From Alistipes sp. (GTDB lineage: Bacteria > Bacteroidota > Bacteroidia > Bacteroidales > Rikenellaceae), in NCBI GenBank assembly GCA_045654345.1, contig JAZOND010000027.1, forward strand, positions 19,889 through 83,888: a stretch of DNA of 64,000 nt, read 5' to 3'. The notes under the pieces were generated by a model. It had not been told where the DNA came from. It saw only the letters and a list, made by a program, of their open reading frames with translations, and made no database searches. A program made the translations under genes and the position numbers. This document shows positions 10,503-20,170 of this stretch, piece by piece (the stretch's first letter is position 1; each line of letters begins with the position of its first letter).

Positions 10503-11617
10503 TGATGACCAAAAAGCAGATAGTCGGAGTAGTCGCTCTGATAGTTGGTGTTCTTGTCCTGACTCTGGTAACAACACTTGCAGACAGGGTGAGCCACAGC
10601 TCTATAGACATCGCCACAGAAACTGCCCTATCCCCTACCGAGTCACAAGACTCACTATTTGTTTTCGACCCCAATACGGTAAGCTACGAACAGCTGCTTG
10701 CCCTTGGATTTGACAAGCGTACAGCCGTGTCCATACTGAAGTATCGTGCGCGTGGCAAGGTGTTCGAGATTGCCGAGGAATTTGCGCTCTGCTATGGTGT
10801 TACAGACTCTATATTCAGCGCACTACGCCCCTATATAGTTATCGGAGAGACCTTTAGAGCCAAGGCTTACAGCTACACTATTGATAGTGCAAAATATCGC
10901 GCTGCTGACTCTATTCGCGCATTAAAGAGTAGCCAATGGCAGGCAAAGATAGCAGCCCACACACCGCACCCATATGAGCGTTTTAGGATTGATACCGTGG
11001 GTATGGCCTACCTGCAGAGTATTGGCTTTACTTATCGTCAGGCCGAGGGGCTTATTGAGTACCGCGACAAGGGTCTTGAGGGCATACGCAATATGGCCGA
11101 GCTATCGGACTGCTGGGCAGTGAGTCCCCAGATGGCAGACTCGCTTGCAAGGTATGTTATCTTTCCCGAGCCCAAGCCCTTTGGTGGCAAGGTTGAGATA
11201 AATTCTGCCGACAGCATAGCCCTCGTAAAGGTCCGAGGCATAGGGCCTAAGAGCGCGCAGGCGATAGTCGAATATCGCAAATTACTCGGCGGATATCACT
11301 CCATTGAGCAACTTTTAGAGTTAAAATGCGTTACAAGCGAAAATTTTGCACTTTTTTCTAAAGAAATTTACTGCGATAGTTGTGTTTTTTCAAAAATTGA
11401 TATTAACTTTGCACCCGCCTTTGAGATGGAGATGCATCCATATATGACTCGAAGGGCTATAAACCGTATTATTGAACTGCGCAAATCGAAAGGAGGCTGG
11501 AAGTCGTTTGAAGAGATTGTAAGTGACAACATATTTACTCAGGAGCAGGCGTTATCGCTTGAGCCGTATCTTCATTTCGGCACTATCCCTTTAGATTTGA
11601 ATCAGGAGAAGAACTAA
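10502..11617 (+). CDS. Helix-hairpin-helix (ComEA-like) membrane-anchored protein
   Basis: N-terminal TM, FDPNTVSYEQLLALG, EINSADSIALVKVRGIGP, RKLLGGYHSIEQL, KIDINFA HhH repeats. ATG overlaps the upstream stop. Confidence 0.85.
   Translation: MMTKKQIVGVVALIVGVLVLTLVTTLADRVSHSSIDIATETALSPTESQDSLFVFDPNTVSYEQLLALGFDKRTAVSILKYRARGKVFEIAEEFALCYGVTDSIFSALRPYIVIGETFRAKAYSYTIDSAKYRAADSIRALKSSQWQAKIAAHTPHPYERFRIDTVGMAYLQSIGFTYRQAEGLIEYRDKGLEGIRNMAELSDCWAVSPQMADSLARYVIFPEPKPFGGKVEINSADSIALVKVRGIGPKSAQAIVEYRKLLGGYHSIEQLLELKCVTSENFALFSKEIYCDSCVFSKIDINFAPAFEMEMHPYMTRRAINRIIELRKSKGGWKSFEEIVSDNIFTQEQALSLEPYLHFGTIPLDLNQEKN
11379..11411 (+). promoter_or_regulatory. Probable rpsU promoter embedded in the ComEA-like CDS
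   Basis: GTTG (11379-82), 21 nt spacer, TAACTTTG (11404-11) followed by CACCCGC, in an AT-rich stretch. Confidence 0.55.
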
Positions 11618-11715
11618 AGCGGTCGCAGTCCGAGGGTCGTAGGCAAGGTTTACAAGGACCCCATACTGCAAACAAAAAACAACAAACAATAACAAACTAA
11701 AAAAAAGACAATATT

Positions 11716-11910
11716 ATGATTATTATGCCGGTTAAGGAGGGTGAGAACATTGAGCGCGCCCTTAAGAAGTTTAAGCGTAAGTATGAGCGTACAGGTGTTC
11801 TGAAGGAGCTTCGCGCTCGTCAGTACTTCACAAAGCCTTCAATTGCAAAGCGCGAGAAGATGGCACACGCTATTTATGTTGAGAAACTTCACCGTGAGGA
11901 GGCTGAATAG
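11716..11910 (+). CDS. rpsU: 30S ribosomal protein S21
   Basis: MIIMPVKEGENIERALKKFKRK...ELRARQYFTKPS. Confidence 0.97.
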   Translation: MIIMPVKEGENIERALKKFKRKYERTGVLKELRARQYFTKPSIAKREKMAHAIYVEKLHREEAE

Positions 11911-11919
11911 CAACAACAA

Positions 11920-11946
11920 GGACTGACAAGATGTCAGTCCTTTTTT
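11920..11946 (+). terminator. Intrinsic terminator of rpsU
   Basis: GGACTGACA-aga-TGTCAGTCC followed by T6. Confidence 0.85.
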
Positions 11947-11969
11947 ATTAACCATAAAACCTTAGAGAT

Positions 11970-12353
11970 ATGAACAACACCGCAAAGACAGTATGGGGCC
12001 TTGTAGTGCTCGCTATTATCGCCCTGGCAGTAATCCTCGGACTTATGTTCGGTATTCCGATGTACAATGTATGGCAGCAGGAGATGAGTGGCCGCGCCGA
12101 GTTAGCAAAGGCTGAGCAGAATCGTCAGATCAAAATTGAGGAGGCTAAGGCTAACCTCGAGGCCGAGAAACTCAACGCACAGGCTGAGATTGAGCGCGCT
12201 AAGGGTGCCGCAGAGGCCATCCGCATCGAGAACGGCTCGCTGACAACAACATACATCCAGTACCTCTGGGTGCGCCAGCAGAACAATATTCCAGACAAGG
12301 TAGTCTACATCCCTACCGAGGCCAATATGCCAATTCTCGAGGCTAAGAAGTAG
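11970..12353 (+). CDS. Small membrane protein with SPFH/prohibitin-like coiled-coil tail
   Basis: One N-terminal TM, then YNVWQQEMSGRAELAKAE...EAEIERAKGAAEAIRI...YIQYLW...VYIPTEANMPILEA. Confidence 0.65.
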   Translation: MNNTAKTVWGLVVLAIIALAVILGLMFGIPMYNVWQQEMSGRAELAKAEQNRQIKIEEAKANLEAEKLNAQAEIERAKGAAEAIRIENGSLTTTYIQYLWVRQQNNIPDKVVYIPTEANMPILEAKK

Positions 12354-12375
12354 CACAAAACAGAGATAATATAGT

Positions 12376-12407
12376 AAGCCTTCCTTTCAAAGGGAGGCTT
12401 TTTATTT
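12376..12407 (+). terminator. Intrinsic terminator
   Basis: AAGCCTTCCTT-tca-AAGGGAGGCTT followed by T-rich tail. Confidence 0.8.
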
Positions 12408-12482
12408 GGCCTTTAGCACAAAATTACTATCCTGTACTATCTTTAAGTGAACGCAAGGCTAATACAATAGTATATAGTATGA

Positions 12483-12700
12483 TATGCCTTTGATTTTCAG
12501 GTTAATGGCATATGTGGGGAATATTACCATACCCACAACGGTATCGCATCAGGGCACTACATACAAGGTTGCTGCCATCGGAAACAACACATTTAACCTA
12601 TGCAAGATGCTGACGGATGTAATGCTGCCAGATAGCATTTCAACCATTCCTGTTGGTGTGTTTGAGCGTTGAAATGCATAGCATTGCGCCTGATACTACA
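12483..12700 (+). pseudogene. Decayed BspA-like leucine-rich-repeat (LRR_5) surface protein fragment
   Basis: Frame 3 YAFDFQVNGI (12483-12512) joins out of frame to frame 1 YVGNITIPTTVSHQGTTYKVAAIGNNTFNLCKMLTDVMLPDSISTIPVGVFER*, followed by further stops. Confidence 0.7.
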
Positions 12701-12724
12701 GAGGCGCAGCAGTGAAGGGTTGCC

Positions 12725-12911
12725 AAGGCGAGCCAACGCTCGGCTAAATACGAAATGGACTATGCACATTCCTTGCACCACCCCATTTTATCTTCAGAGT
12801 GCGGTAGTAGGTGTGCATCGTAAAAAATCCCCAGATGGGACATACTAAGCGTATTTCCCATTTGGGGATTTGAGGGATGTGCAGCTAATGCCGCACTATC
12901 ACGATAAAATG
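12725..12911 (+). repeat. Structured dispersed repeat, copy 1 (128-nt long-hairpin core 12784-12911)
   Basis: Long imperfect inverted repeat homologous to 25352-25535. Shared blocks include CAACGCTCGGC, TGCACCAC, TCAGAGTG, GTGCATCGT, AGGGATGTG, CACTATCACG. Confidence 0.85.
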
Positions 12912-14255
12912 CTACTCGAGGCCCTTAAGCTTCTTATACACAGCATTATACTTGGTGTACTTATCCATCACACCTGGCTCCTCACGAAGAAGGAAACATA
13001 CCTCCTTAAGGATCTGAGCGCAGTCTGCGTTCTCAGGGTTGAGCTCGTGTGCCTTCTCGAGGTAAGGGATAGCCTCCATATATACTGAGCGTACACGCTT
13101 ACGCTCTGCCAGGTACTCGTCCTGGCTGGTGAAGCTATCGAGCTTGCTGTTGAACTGACGGTTCTCGTGCTCTGCCTTCTCTACATAGAAGTAGCCGATA
13201 TAGAAGTTAGTGTCATAATCGTTTGGCTTGAGGGTGTCAATCTTCTTGAATGAAGTGATACACTCATCAAAGTTCTTAAGTTTGTAGAACACGCGGCCAC
13301 GACCGAACCAGAGGTCAGTGTTATCCGGAGTCTCAGCAAGGAACTTGTCGATCATAGTTACGAGCTCAGCTGGGTCACCTACGCCCTCCTCAGCAGTGTA
13401 GAGAGACATAAGGCCATCGAGGATACGCTCGTTCTTTGGGAACTTCTCGATACCCTCAAGAAGGATGTTCTTAGCCTTGAGAAGGTTGTCGCGGTTGTCG
13501 TCACGCTGACCATAGTAGCAGTGGAAGAGGTAGTAGTAGATAGTACCATTATCGTCGTTATAGCCAAGCTCGAGAGCCTTGTTCAGATACTGCTCACCGT
13601 CGATGAAGTACTGCTTGTTATCAGCACCGAGGAATGCAGACATCTGACCTGCGTAGTAGTAGTACTTAGCGTCAACGCCCTCATAGAGGCTGCACTCCTG
13701 AATCTTAGCAGCCTTGATAAATGCGTCGATAGCAAGCTCGTAGTCAGGAATAGTGGTGCTAACCTCACCGAGCTGTGAGTAGTAGTTAATAACCAGGTCG
13801 AGTACCGGCTTAACCTTAGCGGTGGTCTTAGGATCGAGCTCGATAGCCTTAGACGCAGCCTCAACGATAACCTCATACAGACCATCCTTAATCTCGCGAG
13901 TCTGCTTCCAAGCCTCTACGCGGCCACCCTTCAAATAAACAGATACCCAAGGGTATACCCAGATCTCACGACCCTGCTCATCCTGATTCTTCTCAGTTGG
14001 AGCGAGCATAGTGTACTGAAGGAATGTTGCATCGAGAGATGTTGACAGAGCCTTTGTTGGCTCCATAAGGGCGTCAGCGTAAACCTTTGCACGATTTACC
14101 CATACTGAAGCCTTTGCAGACTTCTTAGCATCCTTAATCTCGGCATCGCTCTTAGTAAGTTTTGCAAGAGTTGAAGCCTCATTGACTTTCTGTGCAGTAG
14201 CAGCAGGTACAGCGAGTACCAAAGCAGCAGCTACCATCAAGATAAACTTTTTCAT
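12912..14255 (-). CDS. Secreted tetratricopeptide-repeat protein
   Basis: Signal peptide, TPR-like helices (LWFGRGRVFYKLKNFDE, TNFYIGYFY, AIPYLEKAHELNP); directly downstream of gyrA. Confidence 0.8.
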   Translation of the reverse strand: MKKFILMVAAALVLAVPAATAQKVNEASTLAKLTKSDAEIKDAKKSAKASVWVNRAKVYADALMEPTKALSTSLDATFLQYTMLAPTEKNQDEQGREIWVYPWVSVYLKGGRVEAWKQTREIKDGLYEVIVEAASKAIELDPKTTAKVKPVLDLVINYYSQLGEVSTTIPDYELAIDAFIKAAKIQECSLYEGVDAKYYYYAGQMSAFLGADNKQYFIDGEQYLNKALELGYNDDNGTIYYYLFHCYYGQRDDNRDNLLKAKNILLEGIEKFPKNERILDGLMSLYTAEEGVGDPAELVTMIDKFLAETPDNTDLWFGRGRVFYKLKNFDECITSFKKIDTLKPNDYDTNFYIGYFYVEKAEHENRQFNSKLDSFTSQDEYLAERKRVRSVYMEAIPYLEKAHELNPENADCAQILKEVCFLLREEPGVMDKYTKYNAVYKKLKGLE

Positions 14256-14274
14256 AATATTAAAATTTGGTTTG

Positions 14275-16845
14275 TTATTGTTCGTTATTTACACTATCTG
14301 TTGTCGGAGCAGTTTCAGCGGTCTGTGTTGTCTCTGCAGTCTCTACAGCCTCTACGCCCTCGATAATCTCGGTCTCCTCCTCGCTCTTTGGCACTGCCAT
14401 AACTGAAGCGATGGTATCGCCCTCGCGCAGGTTGATAATCTTAACACCCTGAGTAGCACGACCCGCAAGGCGAATCTGGTCTACAGCGGTGCGGATAGTA
14501 ATACCTGAGCGGTTGATAATCATCAGGTCGTTCTGGTCGGTTACTGCCTGCAGAGATATCAGCTTACCTGTCTTCTCGGTAATATTGATGGTCTTAACAC
14601 CCTTACCACCGCGGTTGGTAATACGATACTCCTCAAGGTCGGTACGCTTACCGAAGCCATTCTCTGAGAGTACGAGTACATCCTGCTGAGCATCCGGCTC
14701 GATACAAATCATACCGATAGCCTCGTTGCCATCCTCAAGAGCAATACCGCGAACACCCATACTTACACGGCCTACAGGGCGGACAATCTCCTCATTGAAG
14801 CGGATAGCCTTACCCTCGCGTGAAGCGATGAGCACCTCAGCCTTACCACTTGTCAGCTTAGCCTCGATGAGCTGGTCAGACTCGCGGATAACGATTGCAT
14901 TGACACCATTTGCGCGTGGGCGTGAGTAGGCCTCAAGCTTGGTCTTCTTGATAATACCCTCACGAGTACACATAATGATGTAATTGTTGTCAACATACTC
15001 GGCATCATTGAGCTTCTTGCAGTTGATATATGCGCGAACCTTATCATCCGGCTCAATCTGAATGACATTCTGGATAGCTCTTCCCTTAGAAGAACGAGTA
15101 CCCTCAGGAATTTCGTATACCTTAAGCCAATAACAACGACCCTTTTCGGTAAAGAACATCATTGTATTGTGCATAGATGCCACATAGATGTGCTCGATAA
15201 AGTCCTCATCGCGAGTTGCACTACCCTTAGCTCCTACACCACCACGATTCTGTGTGCGGTACTCAGAGAGCGATGTACGCTTGATATAGCCCAGGTGAGA
15301 GATGGTAATTACCATATCCTCATCAGCATAGAAGTCCTCAGGATTAAACTCCTCTGAAGAGTAGACAATCTCTGAACGACGCTCGTCAGCATACTGCTCG
15401 CGAACCTCGATAAGCTCAGCCTTAACGATTGCTAACTGACGCTCTACGCTGCCCAAAATAGCGGTGTACTCTGCAATATTAGCCTCCAGCTGATCACGCT
15501 CTGCAGTGAGCTTGCCGTGCTCAAGGCCTGTCAGGGCACCAAGGCGCATAGCCACGATAGCCGCTGCCTGAAGCTCGCTCAAATCGAAGCGAACCATAAG
15601 GGCCTGGCGTGCATCCTCAGGGGTGCGCTGTGCGCGGATAGTGTGTACAACCTCGTCGATATTGTCCTGCGCGATGAGCAGACCAAGAACAATGTGCAGA
15701 CGATCCTGTGCAACCTTAAGGTCGTGCTGTGTGCGACGAACAACAACCTCGTGACGGTGGTCTACGAAGTGCGCGATAAGCTGCTTGAGGTTAAGAAGCT
15801 CAGGACGACCATTTACAAGGGCAATATTGTTAACAGCAAATGATGACTGGAGCGAAGTGTGCTTGAAGAGCATATTTACAACCACATTGGCAACAGCATC
15901 CTGCTTAAGAAGCACTACCAGACGAACACCATCGCGATCTGATGACTCGTCGTTTACATCGGCAATACCCTCAATCTTACCATCCTTAATCATCTTGCCG
16001 ATAGTGTCGCAAAGCTCATCCTTGCGAACCATATATGGCATCTCGGTAAAGACAATCTGCTGGCGGTTGTTCTTGGTAGTCTCAATCTCGTACTTAGCAC
16101 GAATAACTACGCGGCCACGACCTGTAAGCAGAGCATCCTTAATACCTGCATAGCCATAGAGAATACCACCTGTAGGGAAGTCCGGACCCTTAACAAAGTG
16201 GAGAAGATCCTCACAGAGGCAGTCAGGGTTGTCGATATATGCGCAGCAGGCGTCTACAACCTCTCCCAAATTATGTGGAGCCATATTGGTTGCCATACCT
16301 ACCGCAATACCACTGGCACCATTAACGAGCAGCAACGGAATCTTTGTAGGCAGCACTGTAGGCTCGAGCTCCTCACCATCGAAGTTTGGAGTCCAGTCGA
16401 TAGTCTGCTTGTCGATATCGGCCATAACCTCAGCAGAGATCTTCTGAAGGCGAGCCTCGGTATAACGCATAGCCGCAGGAGAGTCACCGTCCATAGAACC
16501 GAAGTTACCCTGACCATCAACGAGCGGATAGCGCATAGCCCAATGCTGAGCCATACGACACATAGCATCGTACACTGATGAGTCACCGTGCGGGTGGAAC
16601 TTACCGAGTACATCACCCACGATACGGGCTGACTTACGGGTCTCTTTGTCGTGGTAGAGGTGCAGGTGCTCGCTCATATCGAAGAGGATACGACGATGCA
16701 CCGGCTTGAGTCCGTCCCTGACATCAGGCAGGGCACGAGAGACAATTACCGACATCGAGTAGTTGATGTAGGCGGTCTTCATCTGCTCCTCGATATTCAC
16801 TTTATCGATTCTACCGACAAGACCATCATTCTTTTCTAATTCCAT
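14275..16845 (-). CDS. gyrA: DNA gyrase subunit A
   Basis: [29 protein letters not shown], catalytic AAMRYTE, GyrA box QNRGGVG, beta-pinwheel repeats. Confidence 0.97.
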   Translation of the reverse strand: MELEKNDGLVGRIDKVNIEEQMKTAYINYSMSVIVSRALPDVRDGLKPVHRRILFDMSEHLHLYHDKETRKSARIVGDVLGKFHPHGDSSVYDAMCRMAQHWAMRYPLVDGQGNFGSMDGDSPAAMRYTEARLQKISAEVMADIDKQTIDWTPNFDGEELEPTVLPTKIPLLLVNGASGIAVGMATNMAPHNLGEVVDACCAYIDNPDCLCEDLLHFVKGPDFPTGGILYGYAGIKDALLTGRGRVVIRAKYEIETTKNNRQQIVFTEMPYMVRKDELCDTIGKMIKDGKIEGIADVNDESSDRDGVRLVVLLKQDAVANVVVNMLFKHTSLQSSFAVNNIALVNGRPELLNLKQLIAHFVDHRHEVVVRRTQHDLKVAQDRLHIVLGLLIAQDNIDEVVHTIRAQRTPEDARQALMVRFDLSELQAAAIVAMRLGALTGLEHGKLTAERDQLEANIAEYTAILGSVERQLAIVKAELIEVREQYADERRSEIVYSSEEFNPEDFYADEDMVITISHLGYIKRTSLSEYRTQNRGGVGAKGSATRDEDFIEHIYVASMHNTMMFFTEKGRCYWLKVYEIPEGTRSSKGRAIQNVIQIEPDDKVRAYINCKKLNDAEYVDNNYIIMCTREGIIKKTKLEAYSRPRANGVNAIVIRESDQLIEAKLTSGKAEVLIASREGKAIRFNEEIVRPVGRVSMGVRGIALEDGNEAIGMICIEPDAQQDVLVLSENGFGKRTDLEEYRITNRGGKGVKTINITEKTGKLISLQAVTDQNDLMIINRSGITIRTAVDQIRLAGRATQGVKIINLREGDTIASVMAVPKSEEETEIIEGVEAVETAETTQTAETAPTTDSVNNEQ

Positions 16846-16891
16846 AATATAAGTTTAGTTTGTTACGATTTTTCGCTTAAATAAACACGCG

Positions 16892-16923
16892 CAAAAATAG
16901 CATTTTTTTTTGATTTAGGCAAC
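16892..16923 (-). promoter_or_regulatory. Probable gyrA promoter
   Basis: Minus-strand TATTTTTG (16899-16892) with GTTG 20 nt upstream. Confidence 0.5.
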
Positions 16924-17016
16924 TTTGCCTCTATCTTTTAACGCTAATTTAATGTTAAACGCGGGAAATTTGCGATTATTGCCCCTTTTTAGCCGTTTTT
17001 ACGGGGTGTAACGATT

Positions 17017-18921
17017 TTACCGACCCTCTGTCGGGAGTAGAGTGACAGTACAGAAATTGTCTATTCGCACACGCTCTGCCTCGGCAAGCTCTTTGACAGC
17101 TTGGATAATATGCTTCTCGGGGGCGTGTATGCGGTTGGCTATCTCGACAATATCGAAGCTACCCTGACTGAGCAGCTCGACAATCTTGGCTTTAACGGCT
17201 GTGGTGTCCCCTGCCCTACGCTTCTCAAGGCATATATCGCAGCAACCGCAAGGCTCTACGCCCGTATCGCCAAAGTAGCGCGACAGCACCACACTACGGC
17301 ACTCCGTCTCATTATTAGCATAGGCAATCATAGTATTAAACTGCTTGAGCATCTGCTCCTTACGGTATCCATAGGTATGGGGAGCAATATAGAGCGAGGA
17401 GACTGGAAGACGCTCCTTGTTCATATATATCATCGGCGAGGTGATGGCAGGCACATAGCGGATAATCTGACTACGCCACAGCTCTCGCAGAGCCTCGTGA
17501 ACCTCCTCGATACTAAAGTTGCAATTGGCCGCAATAAGCGACTCGTCAATGGCTCTAAACTCTGTAAAAAGGCCGTTATACAAGCGCAGCAGAAAGAGCA
17601 CCACCGTCTCCACGCGCGGACTAAACTTATACTTATACAACTCGTCACGGCTAACCTTGAAAATCACGCGAGCGGGGTTATCTGCCGAGTCAACATAGGT
17701 CATATACTCATTACGCGACAGCAGATCCAACGCCCCTAAAACGGTTGTGGGAAAGAGTCGCTCGTGCTTGCAAAACTCGTGAAGATTAAACACATAACTA
17801 CTACCCTGACCATCGCCGATGGCTATCATCATAAAGGCGCAAATCTTCTCATACAGAGCCTTGACCTGCTCTATAGGCTGGAAACTGTTCTCTATCCTTC
17901 GGGTAAGGTTCGGACAATCCTCAGGTGCCACCATAAGCACCGCATAGCTACGCTGCAAATCTCGACCCGCACGACCAGCCTCCTGATAGTAACTCTCCAG
18001 GTTGTCGCTCATAGTGTAGTGAACAACAAAGCGCACATTGCCCTTATCAATACCCATACCGAAAGCATTGGTGGCAACCATCACGCGCACCTTGCCCGTA
18101 ACCCACTCATCCTGTCGTATATTACGCTCCTCGGCAGGCAGTCCGCCGTGGTAGTACGACACGCTAACGCCCTGCTCCTTAAGCCATTTGCACAAGCCCT
18201 CAGCCGTATCGCGCTTGCGAACATAGACGATACCCGAGCCTGCTACACGCTCTATAATGCGCAGCAGATTACCCTGCTTATCCTCCACCTTGCGCACCAC
18301 ATAGCTCAGATTTGGACGAGCAAACGAGCCTCGGATGATATTGTGCTTACTGAAGTGCAGATTATCCATAATATCGCGCGCCACCTTATCTGTCGCCGTG
18401 GCGGTAAGTGCCAGCACGGGCACATCGGGAATAAGCTCCCTGAGGCTGGCGATATGGAGATACGAAGGGCGGAAGTCGTGGCCCCACTGAGAGATACAGT
18501 GAGCCTCATCAACGGCAATGAGCGAGACATTCATCTTCAACACGCGGCTGCGGAACAGCGCAGTATCGAGTCGCTCGGGCGAGACATAGAGGAACTTAAC
18601 ATCTCCATAGGCGCAGTTATCCAGCAATCGGTCTATCTTGCGTTGCGACATACCCGCATTAACAGCCACAGCCGAGATACCACGACGCTTAAGGCCATCG
18701 ACCTGATCCTTCATCAGCGCAATCAGAGGCGTGACCACGATACACATTCCATCCATAGCCAATGTGGGCAGCTGGTAAGTAATTGACTTACCGCCACCTG
18801 TAGGCATAAGCGCAAGAGTATCAACGCCCGAAAGCACAGAGTTGATAATCTCATACTGCGTCTCTCGGAACTGATCATAGCCCCAATATTGCTTAAGTAT
18901 AGCCGTTAAACGTTCTCTCAT
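17017..18921 (-). CDS. recQ: RecQ-family ATP-dependent DNA helicase
   Basis: MPTGGGKS, VDEAHCISQWGHDFRP, YYQEAGRAGRD, Zn-binding CR...CGCCDIC; no obvious HRDC domain. Confidence 0.92.
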   Translation of the reverse strand: MRERLTAILKQYWGYDQFRETQYEIINSVLSGVDTLALMPTGGGKSITYQLPTLAMDGMCIVVTPLIALMKDQVDGLKRRGISAVAVNAGMSQRKIDRLLDNCAYGDVKFLYVSPERLDTALFRSRVLKMNVSLIAVDEAHCISQWGHDFRPSYLHIASLRELIPDVPVLALTATATDKVARDIMDNLHFSKHNIIRGSFARPNLSYVVRKVEDKQGNLLRIIERVAGSGIVYVRKRDTAEGLCKWLKEQGVSVSYYHGGLPAEERNIRQDEWVTGKVRVMVATNAFGMGIDKGNVRFVVHYTMSDNLESYYQEAGRAGRDLQRSYAVLMVAPEDCPNLTRRIENSFQPIEQVKALYEKICAFMMIAIGDGQGSSYVFNLHEFCKHERLFPTTVLGALDLLSRNEYMTYVDSADNPARVIFKVSRDELYKYKFSPRVETVVLFLLRLYNGLFTEFRAIDESLIAANCNFSIEEVHEALRELWRSQIIRYVPAITSPMIYMNKERLPVSSLYIAPHTYGYRKEQMLKQFNTMIAYANNETECRSVVLSRYFGDTGVEPCGCCDICLEKRRAGDTTAVKAKIVELLSQGSFDIVEIANRIHAPEKHIIQAVKELAEAERVRIDNFCTVTLLPTEGR

Positions 18922-18975
18922 CGGTGCTAAATTACACTTTTTTTCGCAGACTAACGATAGTTTCGGGAAAAATTG

Positions 18976-18983
18976 TATCTTTG
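18976..18983 (+). promoter_or_regulatory. -7 promoter element for the acetyltransferase-ruvA unit
   Basis: TATCTTTG 22 nt before ATG 19006. Confidence 0.55.
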
Positions 18984-19005
18984 TACTATTAAAAACAGCC
19001 GAACA

Positions 19006-19560
19006 ATGAAAAGCGAATTTGAGAAGATGATGTCCGGGGAGCTATACAACTTCCACGACCCCGAAGTTGAGCACGCCTTTGCTCGCAGCAAGAAGCTACT
19101 CGTCAAACTCAACTCTATGACCCGTCGTGACCCCGAGTTCCCAAAGCTGCTGCGCGAGCTTATTCCAGATATGGCAGAGAGTTCGACCATCTCCGTACCC
19201 TTCTACTGCGATGTAGGCTTCAGAATCAAGGTGGGCGAGCACTCCTTTATTAATAAAAACTGCACCTTCCTCGACTCGGGAGGCATAACTATCGGCAACT
19301 ACACCAAAATTGGCCCAAACTGCGGTTTCTACACCCCTCAGCACCCGACAAACTATCTCGAGCGTCGCAAGCCCATCGAGACAGGTATGCCTATCAAAAT
19401 CGGCGACGACTGCTGGATTGGTGGCAGCGTGACCATCTGCCCTGGCGTGACTATCGGTGACCGCTGCATCATCGCTGCAGGTAGCGTAGTGACCAAGGAT
19501 ATACCAGACGACAGCCTTGCCGCAGGAAACCCAGCTGTAGTAAAGAGAAAACTTTTGTAA
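19006..19560 (+). CDS. Sugar O-acetyltransferase (maltose/galactoside, hexapeptide repeat)
   Basis: [41 protein letters not shown]. Start reset to 19006. Confidence 0.92.
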   Translation: MKSEFEKMMSGELYNFHDPEVEHAFARSKKLLVKLNSMTRRDPEFPKLLRELIPDMAESSTISVPFYCDVGFRIKVGEHSFINKNCTFLDSGGITIGNYTKIGPNCGFYTPQHPTNYLERRKPIETGMPIKIGDDCWIGGSVTICPGVTIGDRCIIAAGSVVTKDIPDDSLAAGNPAVVKRKLL

Positions 19561-19571
19561 CCTAAAATACT

Positions 19572-20162
19572 ATGTACGAATATATTACAGGAAAACTTGC
19601 AGAAATAGCACCCGCCTATGCCATTATCGAGGCTGGGGGCGTGGGATACTTTATAAATATATCGCTGCAGACATATTCCGAGATTGAACACAACGAGCAG
19701 GCTATGCTCTATACCCACTATATTGTGCGCGAGGATGCGCATATCCTCTACGGCTTTGCCACTAAGGCAGAGCGCGAGCTGTTCCGACTGCTTATAGGCG
19801 TGTCGGGCGTGGGTGGCAATACGGCGCGAATGATTCAGTCTACTTACTCACCCGCAGAGCTGCGCAATATCATCGGCACGGGCAATGCCGTACTGCTCAA
19901 AAATGTCAAGGGATTAGGACTCAAGACTGCGCAGAAAATCATCGTCGAGCTGAGTGGCAAGATGATTGACCTCAAGACCGACGACAAGATAGCCGGCAAG
20001 GTAGATGTATCTGATAATGAAACCTTTAGCGAGGCACTCTCGGCACTCGTTATGCTCGGCTTCCAAAAGACCGCATCAGAAAAAGTCCTCAAAAAGCTAT
20101 TCAAAGAAAACCCCGATTTACGCGTCGAGGAGGCCATCCGCTTGGCCTTAAAGCAGCTGTAA
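19572..20162 (+). CDS. ruvA: Holliday junction branch migration protein RuvA
   Basis: IEAGGVGY, VREDAHILYGF, VSGVGG, VKGLGLKTAQKIIVEL, EALSALVMLGF. Confidence 0.96.
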   Translation: MYEYITGKLAEIAPAYAIIEAGGVGYFINISLQTYSEIEHNEQAMLYTHYIVREDAHILYGFATKAERELFRLLIGVSGVGGNTARMIQSTYSPAELRNIIGTGNAVLLKNVKGLGLKTAQKIIVELSGKMIDLKTDDKIAGKVDVSDNETFSEALSALVMLGFQKTASEKVLKKLFKENPDLRVEEAIRLALKQL

Positions 20163-20170
20163 TAGCCAAC

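Noticed and set aside
12790-12800. Hammerhead ribozyme core (CTGAAGA on the - strand)
   Set aside because: Copy 2 has CTGACGC at this position, and I see no correctly placed GAAA/stem architecture.
12784-12911. Integron attC site
   Set aside because: Length and position at a stop codon fit, but there are no RYYYAAC/GTTRRRY boxes, no integrase, and the flanking genes are housekeeping.
16560-16610. Fluoroquinolone-resistance substitution in gyrA
   Set aside because: The QRDR reads HGDSSVYD, with wild-type residues at the Ser83 and Asp87 equivalents.
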